This document shows positions 1 through 13,243 of a stretch of 64,000 nt of DNA, piece by piece. Source of the stretch: Trichoplax adhaerens. Its lineage: Eukaryota > Animalia > Placozoa. The stretch covers positions 985,205 to 1,049,204 of the forward strand of contig NW_002060962.1 in the NCBI RefSeq assembly GCF_000150275.1, written 5' to 3'. A program made the position numbers and the translations under genes. Each line of letters begins with the position of its first letter. The first letter of the stretch is position 1. The notes under the pieces were generated by a model. That model did no database searches and was not told where the DNA came from. It saw only the letters and a program-made list of their open reading frames with translations.

Positions 1-3000
1 TTAACGGAATTAGGCATGTTGCGGATGGCTTGAGAGACTATCGATAGACTAGTTTCCTTTGGCTGTGGATAGAGATTTATTGAATTTGAAATTAATTTGA
101 GGGTAAATCTTATTTTCATTTTCAAGTATCTATACCGAATATCAAGAACGGTTAATACTTAGTAGCCATTTACCACTATAGTGGTCCAGTACCTGTAATC
201 GAATAGCTTCAAGCCAAACATCTTCACTTTTTGGGCATGTTTCGCAGCCTTTAGTAATGATGTTACGAGCTTTCTGCATGCGTCCAGTTACTTCTTCCAA
301 CCTAGCAGATGCAATCCATCCTGGAGTGAAAAGAACGGCTATTAGAAGATAGCACTTTTTATGCAATTAATTAAAATATATATAATACGTGTATATTAAT
401 TAATGTACCTGGTCCGTGATTTGGATTTGTTGTAATTACAGAATTCAAAAGTAAGCGCGCCTTCTTGATATCACTAGATACATTGACCAAAAATGTAAAA
501 TTAAATACAGCAACTCTAAGCTGATAGATAGTTGATGAATTTTTCAAATGTTTACCCAATGTCTGCGTTAGCAAAGGAAGTGCTACTTTGCAAATCTGTT
601 AAGTATCCTTTTGGATCCACCACAGTTTGCCCTTCTACGGAGTCAGATACCTGATCAAGTTTCACACCTACTAAAGTACTTCTGGCCTGACCGATTCTTA
701 TCAGATCAAGCTCACTCGAAGAAGGCGTATTAAACCCAGTCAAAGAGCCGGGATATGGCGTTTGAAATCCGCCTAATTGCTTTTAACAGGATGTTACAGA
801 TACGTCACGAAATCATGTTTGCGGTTTGACACGTATCTCATAGCTACAAAAAAGATATGTATCTGGATGTGTATTAACAAATCAATGGATAGCTACCTGC
901 TGTCGCCGATCGAGGGTGTTAACGGATCCACTATTACTTAGTCCTTTACTAAGAACTGAGTCAGGAACAGGAGTAAATTTTTCAGTTCTGGGGTTACGCT
1001 GCTTCTTGTTACGAATATCACCAACTTCTGGGATACTTCTCCAAGCATCTTCCGATACGCTCGCTAATTCACGCTAACAAATATAAGTACGTGATATCAT
1101 TAATTTATTATATGTACTAAAAGCAAAATTCGTTATACTAACGGGCTTAGCTCATCATAGGATTGCACTCTGCTAATTTACTACTCTGAGTCAATTGTCG
1201 TAAAAGAAAATATAAAAGTATATAATGTATACTGCATACTGTATAGAGTTTGACGTCGATGACATTTAACTGTTGGCGATAAAACTGCTATTGAAGATAT
1301 AACTGATCAACTAGCAAGTGGCTTTCTACCATAAAAATATCATAGTATAATCGCTGAGATGATAAGTCAGTTTATATACCCTTAAATCAGAAAACTGCTG
1401 CTGAATTTTTGGTCTCTCTTGACGATATTTTTCAATCTCTTCTTTAAATCTCTTTTCCCTAAGATCAGATATAAAAAACACCATTTGGATTTCGTATAAT
1501 AATTTAAGACTATAGAAAACTATATACAAGTAAGGTTTATTAAAAATGAAAGCACAAATTTTCTTAAACTGACCTTCTGTCTCTTCTTCTATCATCCATA
1601 CGTTTATCAATTTCATCGTAGGCAGCATCAGCTTCTTCATCATCTTTATCATAAGGTCCTTTCGAGAATAGACTGCCACCGTATCCAGAGAACTATTCGT
1701 GAACAATGTAAAAAATTATGTCATTCACTTACGCCGTCGCTCGAAACGGTGATTACAACTGAAGTATATTCTGTTTTTTTGCGATAGTGGTACAGAATAA
1801 GATATCTCGCGATTGAGAGATTCATTATTTATACGTAATAGCGATATCATAAATGATATTGCAGCCTGCGATCACATTTGACGTGATATTTAGCATTGCT
1901 ATGGCTTTCTTAATATATAGGTAAATTTTTTAACCTCATCATAGTTGGTATCATTTAGATCTTCTTCCTCTTCTTCATCGTCATCATCTCCTCGTTTACG
2001 AGGTGGCTTAGGGTGGCGTTCGTCACTAAGTATAGATAGAATTGGGAATAAAAGCTTGTAATATAGTATTACTATGTGTACAATCTTGAGCTCATAGCTA
2101 ATAATACTTGGGTGCACATCAGTTCGAATGATCATGCAACAATCATGAAAGATGAGAACTTCTATATGGCATACAAGTATAACGTCCAGATGTAAATTGT
2201 ATAATCCATGAGAATCGCTGTAGTTGTTACTTTCCAGGTTTATAGTAGATATATTATTTTTATAGCGTACGGTAAAATCTCATGGCATCAAATAGAGGTA
2301 GCCAGCAAAATTACCATATAAATAATCATAAGCAGAGGCTTACCTGATGTCAGATGCATCACGGGCAGGACCAATATCAGAACGGGTGGTAAAGCCTGTA
2401 GCACTAGTAAAGTAATGAAATATGATAAGTTAATATAGTCCATTTCGATGACGGTAAATACTTGCAGTCGAATTTCTGAGGAGTACGTATTAGGTATAAG
2501 GTCTAAGCAAAGGACTACAATGGGTTTCGGATCTTATAATTGATTATTAAAAATCTAATCAGGTATACATAATAGACAAATATAAAGTAAGGTAAGTATT
2601 GCAGTATCTATTGTCAAAAATATTGTACATTACTACAGCCATTCATGTTAATGCGGCAAGCACACGAACGTTGCACAAGCAGTTCCATTATAATTTCCAT
2701 ATACTGCAGTTTGAGAGTATACTGTACTGCATCTAGAATATCAAAAATTCTTGGCAGTATCATCTGCATTTATTGTTATTTTCCGACGGCAATCTAGTAG
2801 ATACATTTAACATTTTACTACAGATACGAGTACGTATAGTATCCTACATATGTACAGTATTGCACATCATAATTATTTACAATCCATCCAGTCACGTTGA
2901 CAACATGAAACCAAGATTGCTAACATCATGCAATTTAATGAATAGCTGAACGAATCCATTATACAAGAATTTTATAAGAAACTGGCGTCCTACTATCAGG

Positions 3001-3320
3001 ATATACAGCTAGAAGATAAATATTTTAACAGTTAACTCTATATGATTCCATCTAATCAGTTTTGTAATATCATTTTCAGCCAGAATCTTTTTGCAATGTT
3101 ATGGCAGTGCACTATGGTTAGGTTGGATCAAGCAAGTCTATGAAACCGCTTTGCGATATTATATCGTATCGTCAAATGAAGTTATAAATTTATCATTGAC
3201 TAGTTGCTGTATAGTCGATGTTAACAATAAAATGATTTACCCTCTTCCAAGACCAGGAACATAACCTAAAGGTGCTGGTGCACTGAGAAAAGCTTTCTTT
3301 GATTTCGAAATCATCGACAT
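1..3320 (-). CDS. PRPF6: Pre-mRNA processing factor 6 (U5 snRNP 102 kDa), 5' part; spliced, continues beyond the left edge
   Basis: Exons 3241-3320 ([27 protein letters not shown]), 2344-2403 ([18 protein letters not shown]), 1935-2025, ~1574-1692 ([16 protein letters not shown]), ~1380-1458 ([14 protein letters not shown]), ~898-1073, ~555-780 ([13 protein letters not shown]), ~409-473 (DIKKARLLL), ~192-320 (WIASARLEE), 1-62. All are joined by GT-AG introns, and the motifs match the PRP1/PRPF6 N-terminus. Confidence 0.97.
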
Positions 3321-3517
3321 GTTGGCAAAGGGTTAGCGTTGAGTGAAGTCGCGTCGTACAGCAATAGAGTGACGAAGTCCCAACGTCATAATTCAATATG
3401 GCTGGATACACTGGCTGAGTTAATGCAAGATCATCGAAATAAAATATCCTGCCCATTAGCTACTGTATGGAACAGTCCATTATCCGTCATTTCTCCTCGG
3501 ATTTTCTGTTCGACAGC

Positions 3518-3740
3518 GTACAGTACATAACACTGGTAATAGTCTACGTACTGTACACTGTACACTGTACTGCACTGACTACGGGCTACAGTGTACAGTA
3601 CAGCGTATTGTAGACCTCTGCATTGTACACTGTACCCTCATGTACAGTACTGTACAGTACTGAGTAGTTATCAGTACTGTACAGTGTACAGTACGCTGTA
3701 CTCTGCATTTCCAGTACTGTACCGTGGTACTGTACAATAT
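3518..3740. promoter_or_regulatory. TGTACA/CAGTACTG motif array in the divergent promoter between PRPF6 and the TPX2-like gene
   Basis: Dense run of overlapping TGTAC/GTACA/TACAGTA words, including a perfect 16-bp palindrome TGTACAGTACTGTACA at 3641-3656. The regulatory role is inferred from position only. Confidence 0.5.
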
Positions 3741-4138
3741 CGTCTGGCCAAATTTGAAATCAACCGCTGCATCTCCATTTTAGGCAAAAGGAAGAAGCTG
3801 CAAAACTAATTCTTGTTGAGGGGAAATAGACTATAGCATTCTTGGCATCGGCGGCAAAGTTGCAGCATAGATGCCTAAAAGATTGAAGATTGATTAATTT
3901 TGAAATCAAGATTGTTATTCGTGCTGAATTTTAAAAACGCTGCTAGCCAAGTTGTCATCATAAGTTTATTTTCATCGACTTTGATGTTGATTCATTTCGA
4001 TATTGGCATGTAAATCATCAACAGCACCAGACGTGCTACAGCATACGAAAAAACTGCACAAGTCATAGACGTTGGCCATTTTGTATGACAAGCTGATTAT
4101 TGACTAGATAGACTTATTAAGCACTGGACGCAACATCA

Positions 4139-5568
4139 ATGTCCCATCACTCACCATCTTTTCCATCTAAGATGGAATATGATTACGAGTTTGATGCTCC
4201 TCAGTGGGCTGATCTTAATGATTGGAAGGAGGAAGATGATTTGTAAGTCTCTTGTAATGATAAAGGTTACAACAGGTTGCTGAGTCACCAACAAGGTGAA
4301 AATATAAAGTAGAATACGTAAAGTATGACATTGGTACAGCATTACCTTCTGAACTTCTTATACTTGTTGTATGTATATCACTAACTGATCTTGTATATCT
4401 GATATGCTTCCTGTATTGTAATATTACTACCTGCGATAAACTACCATACAGATTGGTTATAACTTACTGTTAGCAGATATAACAGTTTAGAATTTGTCTA
4501 TTATTCTATTGCCTTTATTTACACGTATTTTACTGCACGATATCAGGGACACTTCCGAATGGTTTTCTATAGCACATCCATCACACGAAAAGCCTCAATC
4601 ACCAGAAAGCAAAAACAACAAGAGCAAAAAGGGGAAGCGGCGCAGTATTTATTGCCACAGTCCAATAAGTCGATTAGTTTTAAAGCAAAAACAGAAAATG
4701 AATAGATTTACTGTCACAAATAGAATGGAAAAAAATCAACGACTGTTGACAGAAATAGCATCTGAACAAAGTTGTCAAGCAGCAACGTTAAAATCTAATT
4801 CTATACTTACCGACAAGTTACTTCAACAGCAAGATCACGTAACTACCACCGATAACATGGAAAAGCCAGTTCATCCTGTGCTGTCGGATTCTACTACACC
4901 ACGTCGATCACCTTTCTTAGCAAAGAAATTGAATTCTTTAGAAATCGATGCCTCCTCCACGAATTCACCGCCAGCTAGAGTAGTCAAGCCGAGTCTTACT
5001 TTCAAAAAAAGCGATACTCAAGGCAATTCTCCTTTAACAGCTAAACAAGCTAGCATTTATAAAAAGGAATCTCGTCGATCTACACGCTTTAACATCTTTT
5101 CTACCTGTAAATCGTCACCCCTTTCTAGCGTGCGAATGTCTAATTGTGAAAAAGCATCTGTACCTACAATGGCCTTGAGATCAAAATGCGTTAGCACTAA
5201 AGGAAATGTTAAAAATGCCGATTTAAGATCCTCAATAAAGAAAACGAGTATATCTAAGGTTAGAAGAAATATGCTAAACTCAATAATTTACACATTAATG
5301 CCGTATTTAAAATATCTTATACTCGATCAGTAAATAAAATTTATGTTTACGTATCTATTCTGCCAGTCATACTGTACCACATGTTTAACTGCTATTCTTG
5401 CTTCTTATCATCTAGTCTACTGATAAGCCTTCCAAAAGTATTTCTACGAAACCAAGGAGATCGGTAACCATTGAAAATGACCCTGATCTGATTAAGCTTA
5501 TCAGGAAGCATAATGCCAAGGTAGCAGCTACCAAATACAAATATGATATCAATGGCAGAAGACTATAG
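4139..5568 (+). CDS. 322-aa basic, Ser/Lys-rich protein with an N-terminal TPX2-type Aurora-A-binding motif; 3 exons
   Basis: Exons 4139-4242, 4547-5258 and 5416-5568 splice in frame (GT-AG; 969 nt). The N-terminus MEYDYEFDAPQWADLNDWKEEDDL|DTSEWF resembles human TPX2 SYSYDAPSDFINF...IDSWF. The C-terminus is DPDLIKLIRKHNAKVAATKYKYDINGRRL*. Confidence 0.8.
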
Positions 5569-6509
5569 ACAATGACAAAATAATTATTATTATGCGAATA
5601 TTACATTACTAACTTCGAAAAGTAGATAGTTGTTTTAAGCGCTTCTATTTTAGTTAATGGAAAGGTATGTTAGCGATTATTGAGAATTAAAGTATTTAAA
5701 TTGAAATTGAAATACTTGGTAAATATTATTATGTAGTTCTCGGCTAAATATGCAGTAAATAATTATAAGCACTTAGGCTGACCTTTACGTAGTTATAAGT
5801 ATAGTGAAAAGATGCGGTATTCATACAGGATGCACTGATATTGCGCTTAGCGGCTTGAAGAACTTGCTCAATAATAAGGTATTAATGACAGAATACCATC
5901 AATAAATTTTCATATACGAGTATTATACGTCGTACACTCTGCTGGACTATATTAGATAACATGCATTGCTTTTAATTGCTCTGAAGTTTGTTATATACTA
6001 TAGGATGTACGTATGTTGTATGTTGTTAATAGCTAAACATCTATGTAAGATATTTCTCTATAAAGACCAACAATTGAATGATATTGCTAGGAAGTAAAAA
6101 TGATAAAAAATTCAGGATTGTATCATCGGCTTAAAGTATCCTGCAGTATCCATGTAACTTCAGAATCTATATTTGGAATAAGTTGTTCTTGTTGCTATAT
6201 TCTCAATCGTTTTAGATATTTTGTACTAAAATTTCTTGTTCCAGAAGTTATCATTTTGAATGAAACTTAATACTATTTTTTTGTAATAACTGTGCACATT
6301 TATTTAATAAGCAAACCTGTGGCATATGTACAGCGGTTATATAAATCAACTTGTAAAACGGTTAAATGAATATAATGTACATGATTATTTGATAGTCAAT
6401 AAAAATTGTAGTAATCTCCATCAAATATGTAATCTGGAGGAGGGTATCTTGTGTCTAGAACATATTAATCAAATACGGTGTTACTGAATGTGGATGGGAT
6501 TAAGTTCAT

Positions 6510-9500
6510 TTATTTGCCAAATAACGATAAACTTGGCACTACTATATCTTTAAAGATTCCAGTCTCTCCTGTATTAGTAGAACCGCGACTGTCAAGGTCG
6601 GAATCTTGGATAATCTATGTTGTGAGTAGTAAACAAATTAAAATAAACATTAGGATTACGGCTAAATGGTCGAACAGAAAAATGACTTCAAGCATACTGT
6701 TTTGCCTAACCTGTTTGATATCACTATTTTTTAGATCACCACGGAGTGCTAACAATGCTTGGATATGTTCAGTTCTAATGTCAGGAAAGGACATTACTAA
6801 TCCCTAAAAAGTAGAAATTAGTAGCACATAAATAAGTAGAGTCCAAGCGCGAAGCCAACTAGTACTACTATACCCATACGCTTATGAGATTATATTCAAA
6901 TTCTACCATTGTTTATAACTCAGGTTGTCGGTATTAAAATCTCAGCAATTATATAATTTACCCTAATTTCTAGGCATAGCATTGTAGTATCCTTTAGTTT
7001 AATAACATCGGCAAGGGAATGTAACACCTTCCAACAAAAATCCTATATATTTCCAAAATTAGAAACGGAAACTAGCTTAACTGTCGACAATATTTTATCA
7101 TGCTATACTCATTAGTATACTTATACTGTATATGAATCCTCCATTTAAATAAATTTTTACTATTAGACACTATATAATAGTGTATTACAATTTTAAGAAT
7201 AATTGCAAACCATACATTCGAATCGGATAAAGATTTCGTAAATAATCGCTCGATATCATTTGCTTCCTTTCCAATTTTTTCCGCACCTTGCCTTCTTTCA
7301 TCATACTGCTTAAACACTATTCTCCTTTATAAATTAAAATATGAAAAACTATTAAAAAAATTTTTGTCGATATATCACAGCATCATTTAAGTATCGCAGT
7401 TTAGGTTAAATGACTCATTTTGTCTTGTACTGCTAAGCACAAACTTGTGAACAATTGCAGTGACGTATTCTTTTATCAGCCTTTTCACCATTCTTGCCAT
7501 TAATTGATTATAATACCTAGTTCATATTCACAATTTATTTCGAAAGTAAACGTTATTTTTACATTGATATTTAATAGAAGCATAAAAATACTGAAGAAAA
7601 ATTTGTTGTCTCTGAAAGACTTTAACTACATTTTTCGTAGATATTTAAAATCGGCACCATAATCTTCAATTGTTACTATGATTGTATCCATTGCCGTTGA
7701 TGAAGTTAACCTAATGAAATCCGCAGTTATTACTTTCGCAGTAAAGATCCCATATGGAACAGAAATCAACCAATAAGAAGACTTACCATTTTCTTGTTAA
7801 CAACCCGTTAAAATGGCTCTCCAGATCGTAAAAAACTTCATCAATCAAATAATCGATTCTAAAGTCATGATATCATGGTATACAATAAGTTTCTACATTA
7901 TAAGCATAATTTACACTGGTCGCCTAAATAGTATTTTCAAATACATAACTAAAACATGCATTCTTACGTTAAGAGTGAGAGTCTAAAAAGTAAGTCCTTA
8001 TTGGTATCGAAAAGCTTAAGCGTCTCAGTATCGCTTGAATGCCAACCCTTACCAAATTCATCATTCACTCTTTCCTATGATAAGATTTCATTAAAATTAT
8101 ACAGTAGTGTGAAATAAAATTTATAGTACAGTGGAACAAAAAACTTAGCAATATTATATAAGAATAGAAAATCTCACCAGTAAACCATCGCTTAGAGTAT
8201 CAATGATGTTACAATTATTGACGATAGAGATCTGGAAGATTTTAAGGTTCTACTTAGTTGGTGGCATCTAACTACTGTATAATATATACATCGACTAGTA
8301 TACTAGCTAAGTTACCATCATGCTGCCAGTAAATGTATAAATGAACATACCATATAATATACATAGTTTGGTGGTTCCGTTCTTTCTTCCATATGCCTAT
8401 CGCGGTAATTATTTACCGCAGCTGAAGCCAAAATCATAATCTTGTGTTATTATCACGATGCACCTAACACTATCATAGTACAATTTACCTCGATAATCGT
8501 ACAAAAAGGTGCTGGATTCTAACATGCATACATGGAGAGCCTATTTTTTGATCAAAATGAACTGTAACTAATCAGGTCAAAGTATGGACTACTAGAAGAA
8601 ACCCTTAGGTTTCCTCTAGTAGTCTGTAGCAAAGTGTAGTCAATAAATTTATGCAATTTTTATACCTTAAGCTTTACATTTTGTCCAGGAACAGAGGCAA
8701 CAGACAACTATTATAAATTTAATGAAGAATTAAAACGATGGTGTAGATATACTATGGAGAGACTCTTAATATTATTTTCTTTGGATACTACATTACGAAC
8801 GTTTTGGTCTAACATCTGATATAAATCGATCGGTAATGTTGTTTGTAAACAGTTTTCTGCATCAGAGATTGGCATCTTTGAACTAGTCCAGTCCTGATAG
8901 TAAAAATATTTCACAAAGATCAGTAACCCATCCGATCACAATAATGTAGCATCCAAATAGACGTGTTCTCAACGAACTTTCATATCTGCTTTTAACAGAT
9001 TTGACATCCATTCCTTTATATTTGCTCGCATTGTTGAAGTATATCTTATATGATAATAAAGCAAAGTAAACAGGATTAAAAGTTAATGGCAAATGTATAT
9101 CCTAAGAATCTATTAAACTGTTTTATGATTTACTTCTTTAATAAGACGTCTTCTGCCATGGAATTTATCAAGGGTCCAAGGTGAGACACATCTATTTCTA
9201 ACGATGGGTGCATCATGAATTCAGCTCCGCTAATACAAATGACGTAAAATACACCATTAACAGTGCAGCCACTAATAAATTACAAGTAAGATTGATGTCG
9301 ACGTGCGTTTGGTATTACCTATACTTTTTGCTCCATGTCAGCAAGCTAGCAATATCATTGGCTTTTAATTGCTCATGAGATAAGGAATTTAGCTATTGAA
9401 GGCAACATGTAAAATCAGCAATTTTTAGCTATTATTGCAGTAAATCAAAAGTCGATGTTAAGTCACCGTTGATGACAGCTCATTGTGGTAGAGTTTAACA

Positions 9501-12029
9501 TATAACTGAAGAATGTTATATGAAGCTGGAAAAGCTGGAATGCAATATTTCTAGAGAAATCCGTACAATTAAGTTATGAAAATTTCGATAAAATTTACAA
9601 AGAAGAAAAGCTCTACATGATGACATTATCGATAAACTTAATTACTGTATTTACCTTAACAACGATAAGATCTTCGATCATAGATTTTCTTGTTTGTTCG
9701 AGAAATTTTATAAGCCAGGTACTATTTTCTTCCCTCATTTCAGCTTGATGAAATTCAAACCTTCAATTGCAAATATAGACTTCAATTTTAAGAAATTATT
9801 TGATCTGTAGCAACTAGATAGTAAAATTTTAGAGATATTTATAGACCTGTCCCGTACGGATTTTTCTAAAACTTCAAGAGCTTTCTTTCGATAACACTTT
9901 GGTCTATCAGGAGGACAGAATCCACTATCCTTTTCCTTTTCAACAGCTTTTCTGTCAGATCTAATTTGATATTATGGGATACTTTCACTTTGCATAATGC
10001 AAAAATTAATTTAAGTAACTAATTATATACGAAATTGCATACTGTATAATATAATAATAACGATTTGAAACATGCTATCTTTAGTTTATAAGTTATTATG
10101 CTAATATTATGATCATTTATTACCTTTCTTCTCGTTCAATAATGCGTAACGCTGTTACTAGAAGAGCAGATTCAGTTCTTACAATATTTAATGCTCTTTG
10201 TAAAACGACCCATAGTTGTTTTGACAGTTTGGTCTGATAAATAGTACCGATTATAAGTATATTCTACACGACTCAATGATATGACAATATAAAAAATTTT
10301 GGATAGGATATTCTTACCGATAAGGGAGCAATTTTAGAAAAATAATCCATTATTACCTACGTAAAGAAATTAAGTTTTAATTGGCATGATCTATTCGAAA
10401 TATAAGACAATACAATATCGAATTCATGATTGCTTTCAAGTATCTGTTAAATTTTAATTAGGAGAAGTAAATGTAATATGAAAATGTTATCTCTAAATAC
10501 TATCCCTTACAAAAATGGTAATTGTGTAGAAACTTTAATTGTGAAATCACTTACTTGTTTATCTAGCTCGGTATGCTCTGGTAACTTATGAACTTCAAAC
10601 AGAAGTTCATCTCTAGCTCTCTCAAGTTCTACTAGTCTATAGGTTAACATGACCAACAAAGTACAGTAGAAAATATATATAAAGATGCATATAATCAGTT
10701 CATGATATTAGAATGACGCACGAAGTTGCGTTCTAAAAATATATTGTAATAATTATATATTATAAGGGCAGACCTCTTGTGAGCTTCTAGTAGTCGGCCA
10801 TCGTTAATAAGCGCCTGTGTTCTTTCAATACTTTCCGGCAATGCAAAAATATAATTGAGATGATCTTTGGCAGCCGATAACTAAAATTTAACATACGGTA
10901 TGATCAATGCCATCCAATACATGTGTTTATATTATCATTGAGATCGATTTATATTAGGAATATCGAACTTTATGGAGCAAAGATAGATCGATATGATTTA
11001 TATCCTGTCCCAAGTCGCTAGCTTATGTAGTAAAGTATTATAGTAAGTTCAGTCTTGCCATATTAAAAAGGAAGTTCATTCACCTGCAAATGTTGGCTGG
11101 TTATCAATTTGATATCGATTAATTTGCTGTCAACTGCTATGCACTTGCCATATAAGTTATCAATATCTAAAAAGCTGATAAATAGCGCAATTATAATCAT
11201 TTGAGTACTACTATTTCATCGAAGATATGTCAATAAACGCCGCAAGAAATGAAAGTATGAGAAATTGTTCCGTGTATGGAAAATGATGAATACCTATCGC
11301 GAATGGATTGGACATCATCGACGGTACTAATTTAGTAATTTAGAAATTCGCAGTGTTTGCAGGGCGAAAAGATTGAAAAGAAAACAAGGCAGTTAATACA
11401 ATTGTTAGATATTGTTGATCTCTGCTAAAAGTTAGGTAAGCTACTATTTGCAAACCTTTGTAAAGTGCCTAATCCTTGCTGGGCATCATCCAATTGTGTT
11501 TGCACTGCAGCTTTTAATCTAGATTCCAAAGTTGTCTGTAAATATAGAATCAACGCCCATTTCTTGACATTAATAATAAAAAGCATTGAATATGTAAAAC
11601 TTGAGCACAAGGACGTATACAAGGATTGCTCCAGCAGTCGTTGTAGCCACGTCGAATCTTGTGTATGCGCTATCATTACAATTCACCTTTACTCTATGAT
11701 ATATAACGAATTAATGAAAGAGAGTAGTAATAACCTTTTTCCTTAAGGCAGTCCTAAAATGACGATCAAGCAAGTCTAGCTCGTCGGGCCTCTAGTTTTA
11801 ACAAGGTTATAAAATAGGTCTATCAATGTACTGGTTCGTGTTCAGTGGGTGCTACTGAATTTAGCATTACTGTAATTGCTGAGAGCTTGTCAACATTGAT
11901 AGTTCATGTAGTACATTAACTTATTTCAATATGAGTCGAGAATCAATATTCAATATCTTTCCTTACTCTAAGTAAACTGGCTACATATTTTATAGCGTTT
12001 TCGGCAGCTTCAGAAGAAGTTTGCTCCAT
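6510..12029 (-). CDS. EXOC3: Exocyst complex component 3 (Sec6); multi-exon
   Basis: Exon 1 11967-12029 MEQTSSEAAENAIKYVASLLR, then RPDELDLLDRHFRTALRKK and TTLESRLKAAVQTQLD. Internal exons include YTSTMRANIKEWMSNLLKADMK|DW and RIVFKQYDERRQGAEKI. The last exon ends GIFKDIVVPSLSLFGK* (human: LFKDIVVPSL). Confidence 0.95.
8587..8624. repeat. Short intronic inverted repeat (17-bp arms, one mismatch, 4-nt loop)
   Basis: GACTACTAGAAGAAACC-CTTA-GGTTTCCTCTAGTAGTC within a ~125-bp EXOC3 intron. Confidence 0.8.
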
Positions 12030-12078
12030 GTTTATGACGGGCTGGCAAGTGGAGACGTTGAAATGTTGAAGGCGAAGG

Positions 12079-12205
12079 AGTACTGGGCTGGAGTCCAGTT
12101 TGCTACAGTATAATGTACTGTACATTCTAAAGCGACTACTGTGCACTGTACACTGTACACATTCCTAGTCCATATTGTACTATACAGTGCAGTACTGTAC
12201 TCTGG
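12079..12205. promoter_or_regulatory. TGTACA/TACAGTA motif array upstream of EXOC3
   Basis: Repeated ctacagta, tgtactgtaca, cactgtacactgtaca and cagtactgtac words about 50-180 bp upstream of the EXOC3 ATG. Confidence 0.5.
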
Positions 12206-12961
12206 TTTTAAACTACACAATGTGATGCATCAAACAACCCAACGTAAGCAATAGCGATTGGTATAATTATAGAATAAATCAAGCAAACTATAAGCGGACA
12301 TTTTCAGTGATTTGGACAACCTCTAAATTTTAGTATGGCTGCTAAAGAAGAGCCGAGCCGACAAGGGATAGCGATTACTGAATCGCAATTTCTCTGTATA
12401 AATGAAAATTGGGGATTGAGTTCTTGCTTACGAAAGAGATTTAGCAGTCCATTGCTCTGCTCTACTGTAAAATAGGATGAGCATTTGATGCAAATGTTTT
12501 AATGAACATGGATAAAACCCACGGCAGTGCCTGTATACTGTACTGTATTGCCCTTTTATTCACATTTTATTCGTGGACCCATCGGTGGTGATCTTTCGCG
12601 TATTGTTGTTGTACTTTTGACACTTTATTTTATATTACTTTATACTATATTATGAATCGATATCTCGTGCCACTGCCATGAGACATGCGAATCATCTTGA
12701 CTGTACAAGCAGGGATTACACGAAATGAATGTAGTAATATGAGCTGCTATCAGAACAGTGCTACGATGCCGTACTGTATGGCAATCTTTCATTTTAAAAT
12801 GCATTAAGCGACTGCATGCACGAGTGGATACTACTAGATACTACTATTATCATCGCAGGGACTTAGTCTGTCCGACTTTTCTGTTGTTTTTGCTCAAGAA
12901 AAGTTCTTCTGAAATCTGTAGCATCTATGGATTTGATCTCCATCATGAGCCTGAGAAGGCT

Positions 12962-13125
12962 TCTGTATTACAGTCCTGGACTACAGTACTGTACTGCAGA
13001 TCACAGTGTATGGTACTGTAGGACCCCACTCACTGTGTCCAGTACGAAACTGTACTGCGCAAGTGCGCAGTGTCTACAATACTGTACTGTACCGATCTTC
13101 TGGTACACGACTGTCATACGTACAA
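12962..13125. promoter_or_regulatory. TGTACA/TACAGTA motif array upstream of CAND1
   Basis: ctacagtactgtactg, ggtactgta, cagtacgaaactgtactg and tactgtactgtac about 120-280 bp upstream of the CAND1 ATG. Confidence 0.5.
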
Positions 13126-13243
13126 ATCAATATTTGTAATTGTAGACCAACAGAATTGATCGCGGCGCAATTGCAATTTTGGAGACCATTTCGATCAGAA
13201 ATCAGGTGGAAAGAATTAGCTGAGGAAATTATCACACTACGCC

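Noticed and set aside
3591-3809. Tyr/Cys/Thr/Val-rich ORFs (also 12032-12220, 12758-13021, 12927-13139, 13006-13284)
   Set aside because: These are translations of the stop-poor GTAC motif arrays in promoter regions, not protein-like sequences.
4494-5333. 279-aa ORF taken as a single-exon gene
   Set aside because: Its first 18 and last ~25 codons are intronic; the real exon is 4547-5258 of a three-exon gene.
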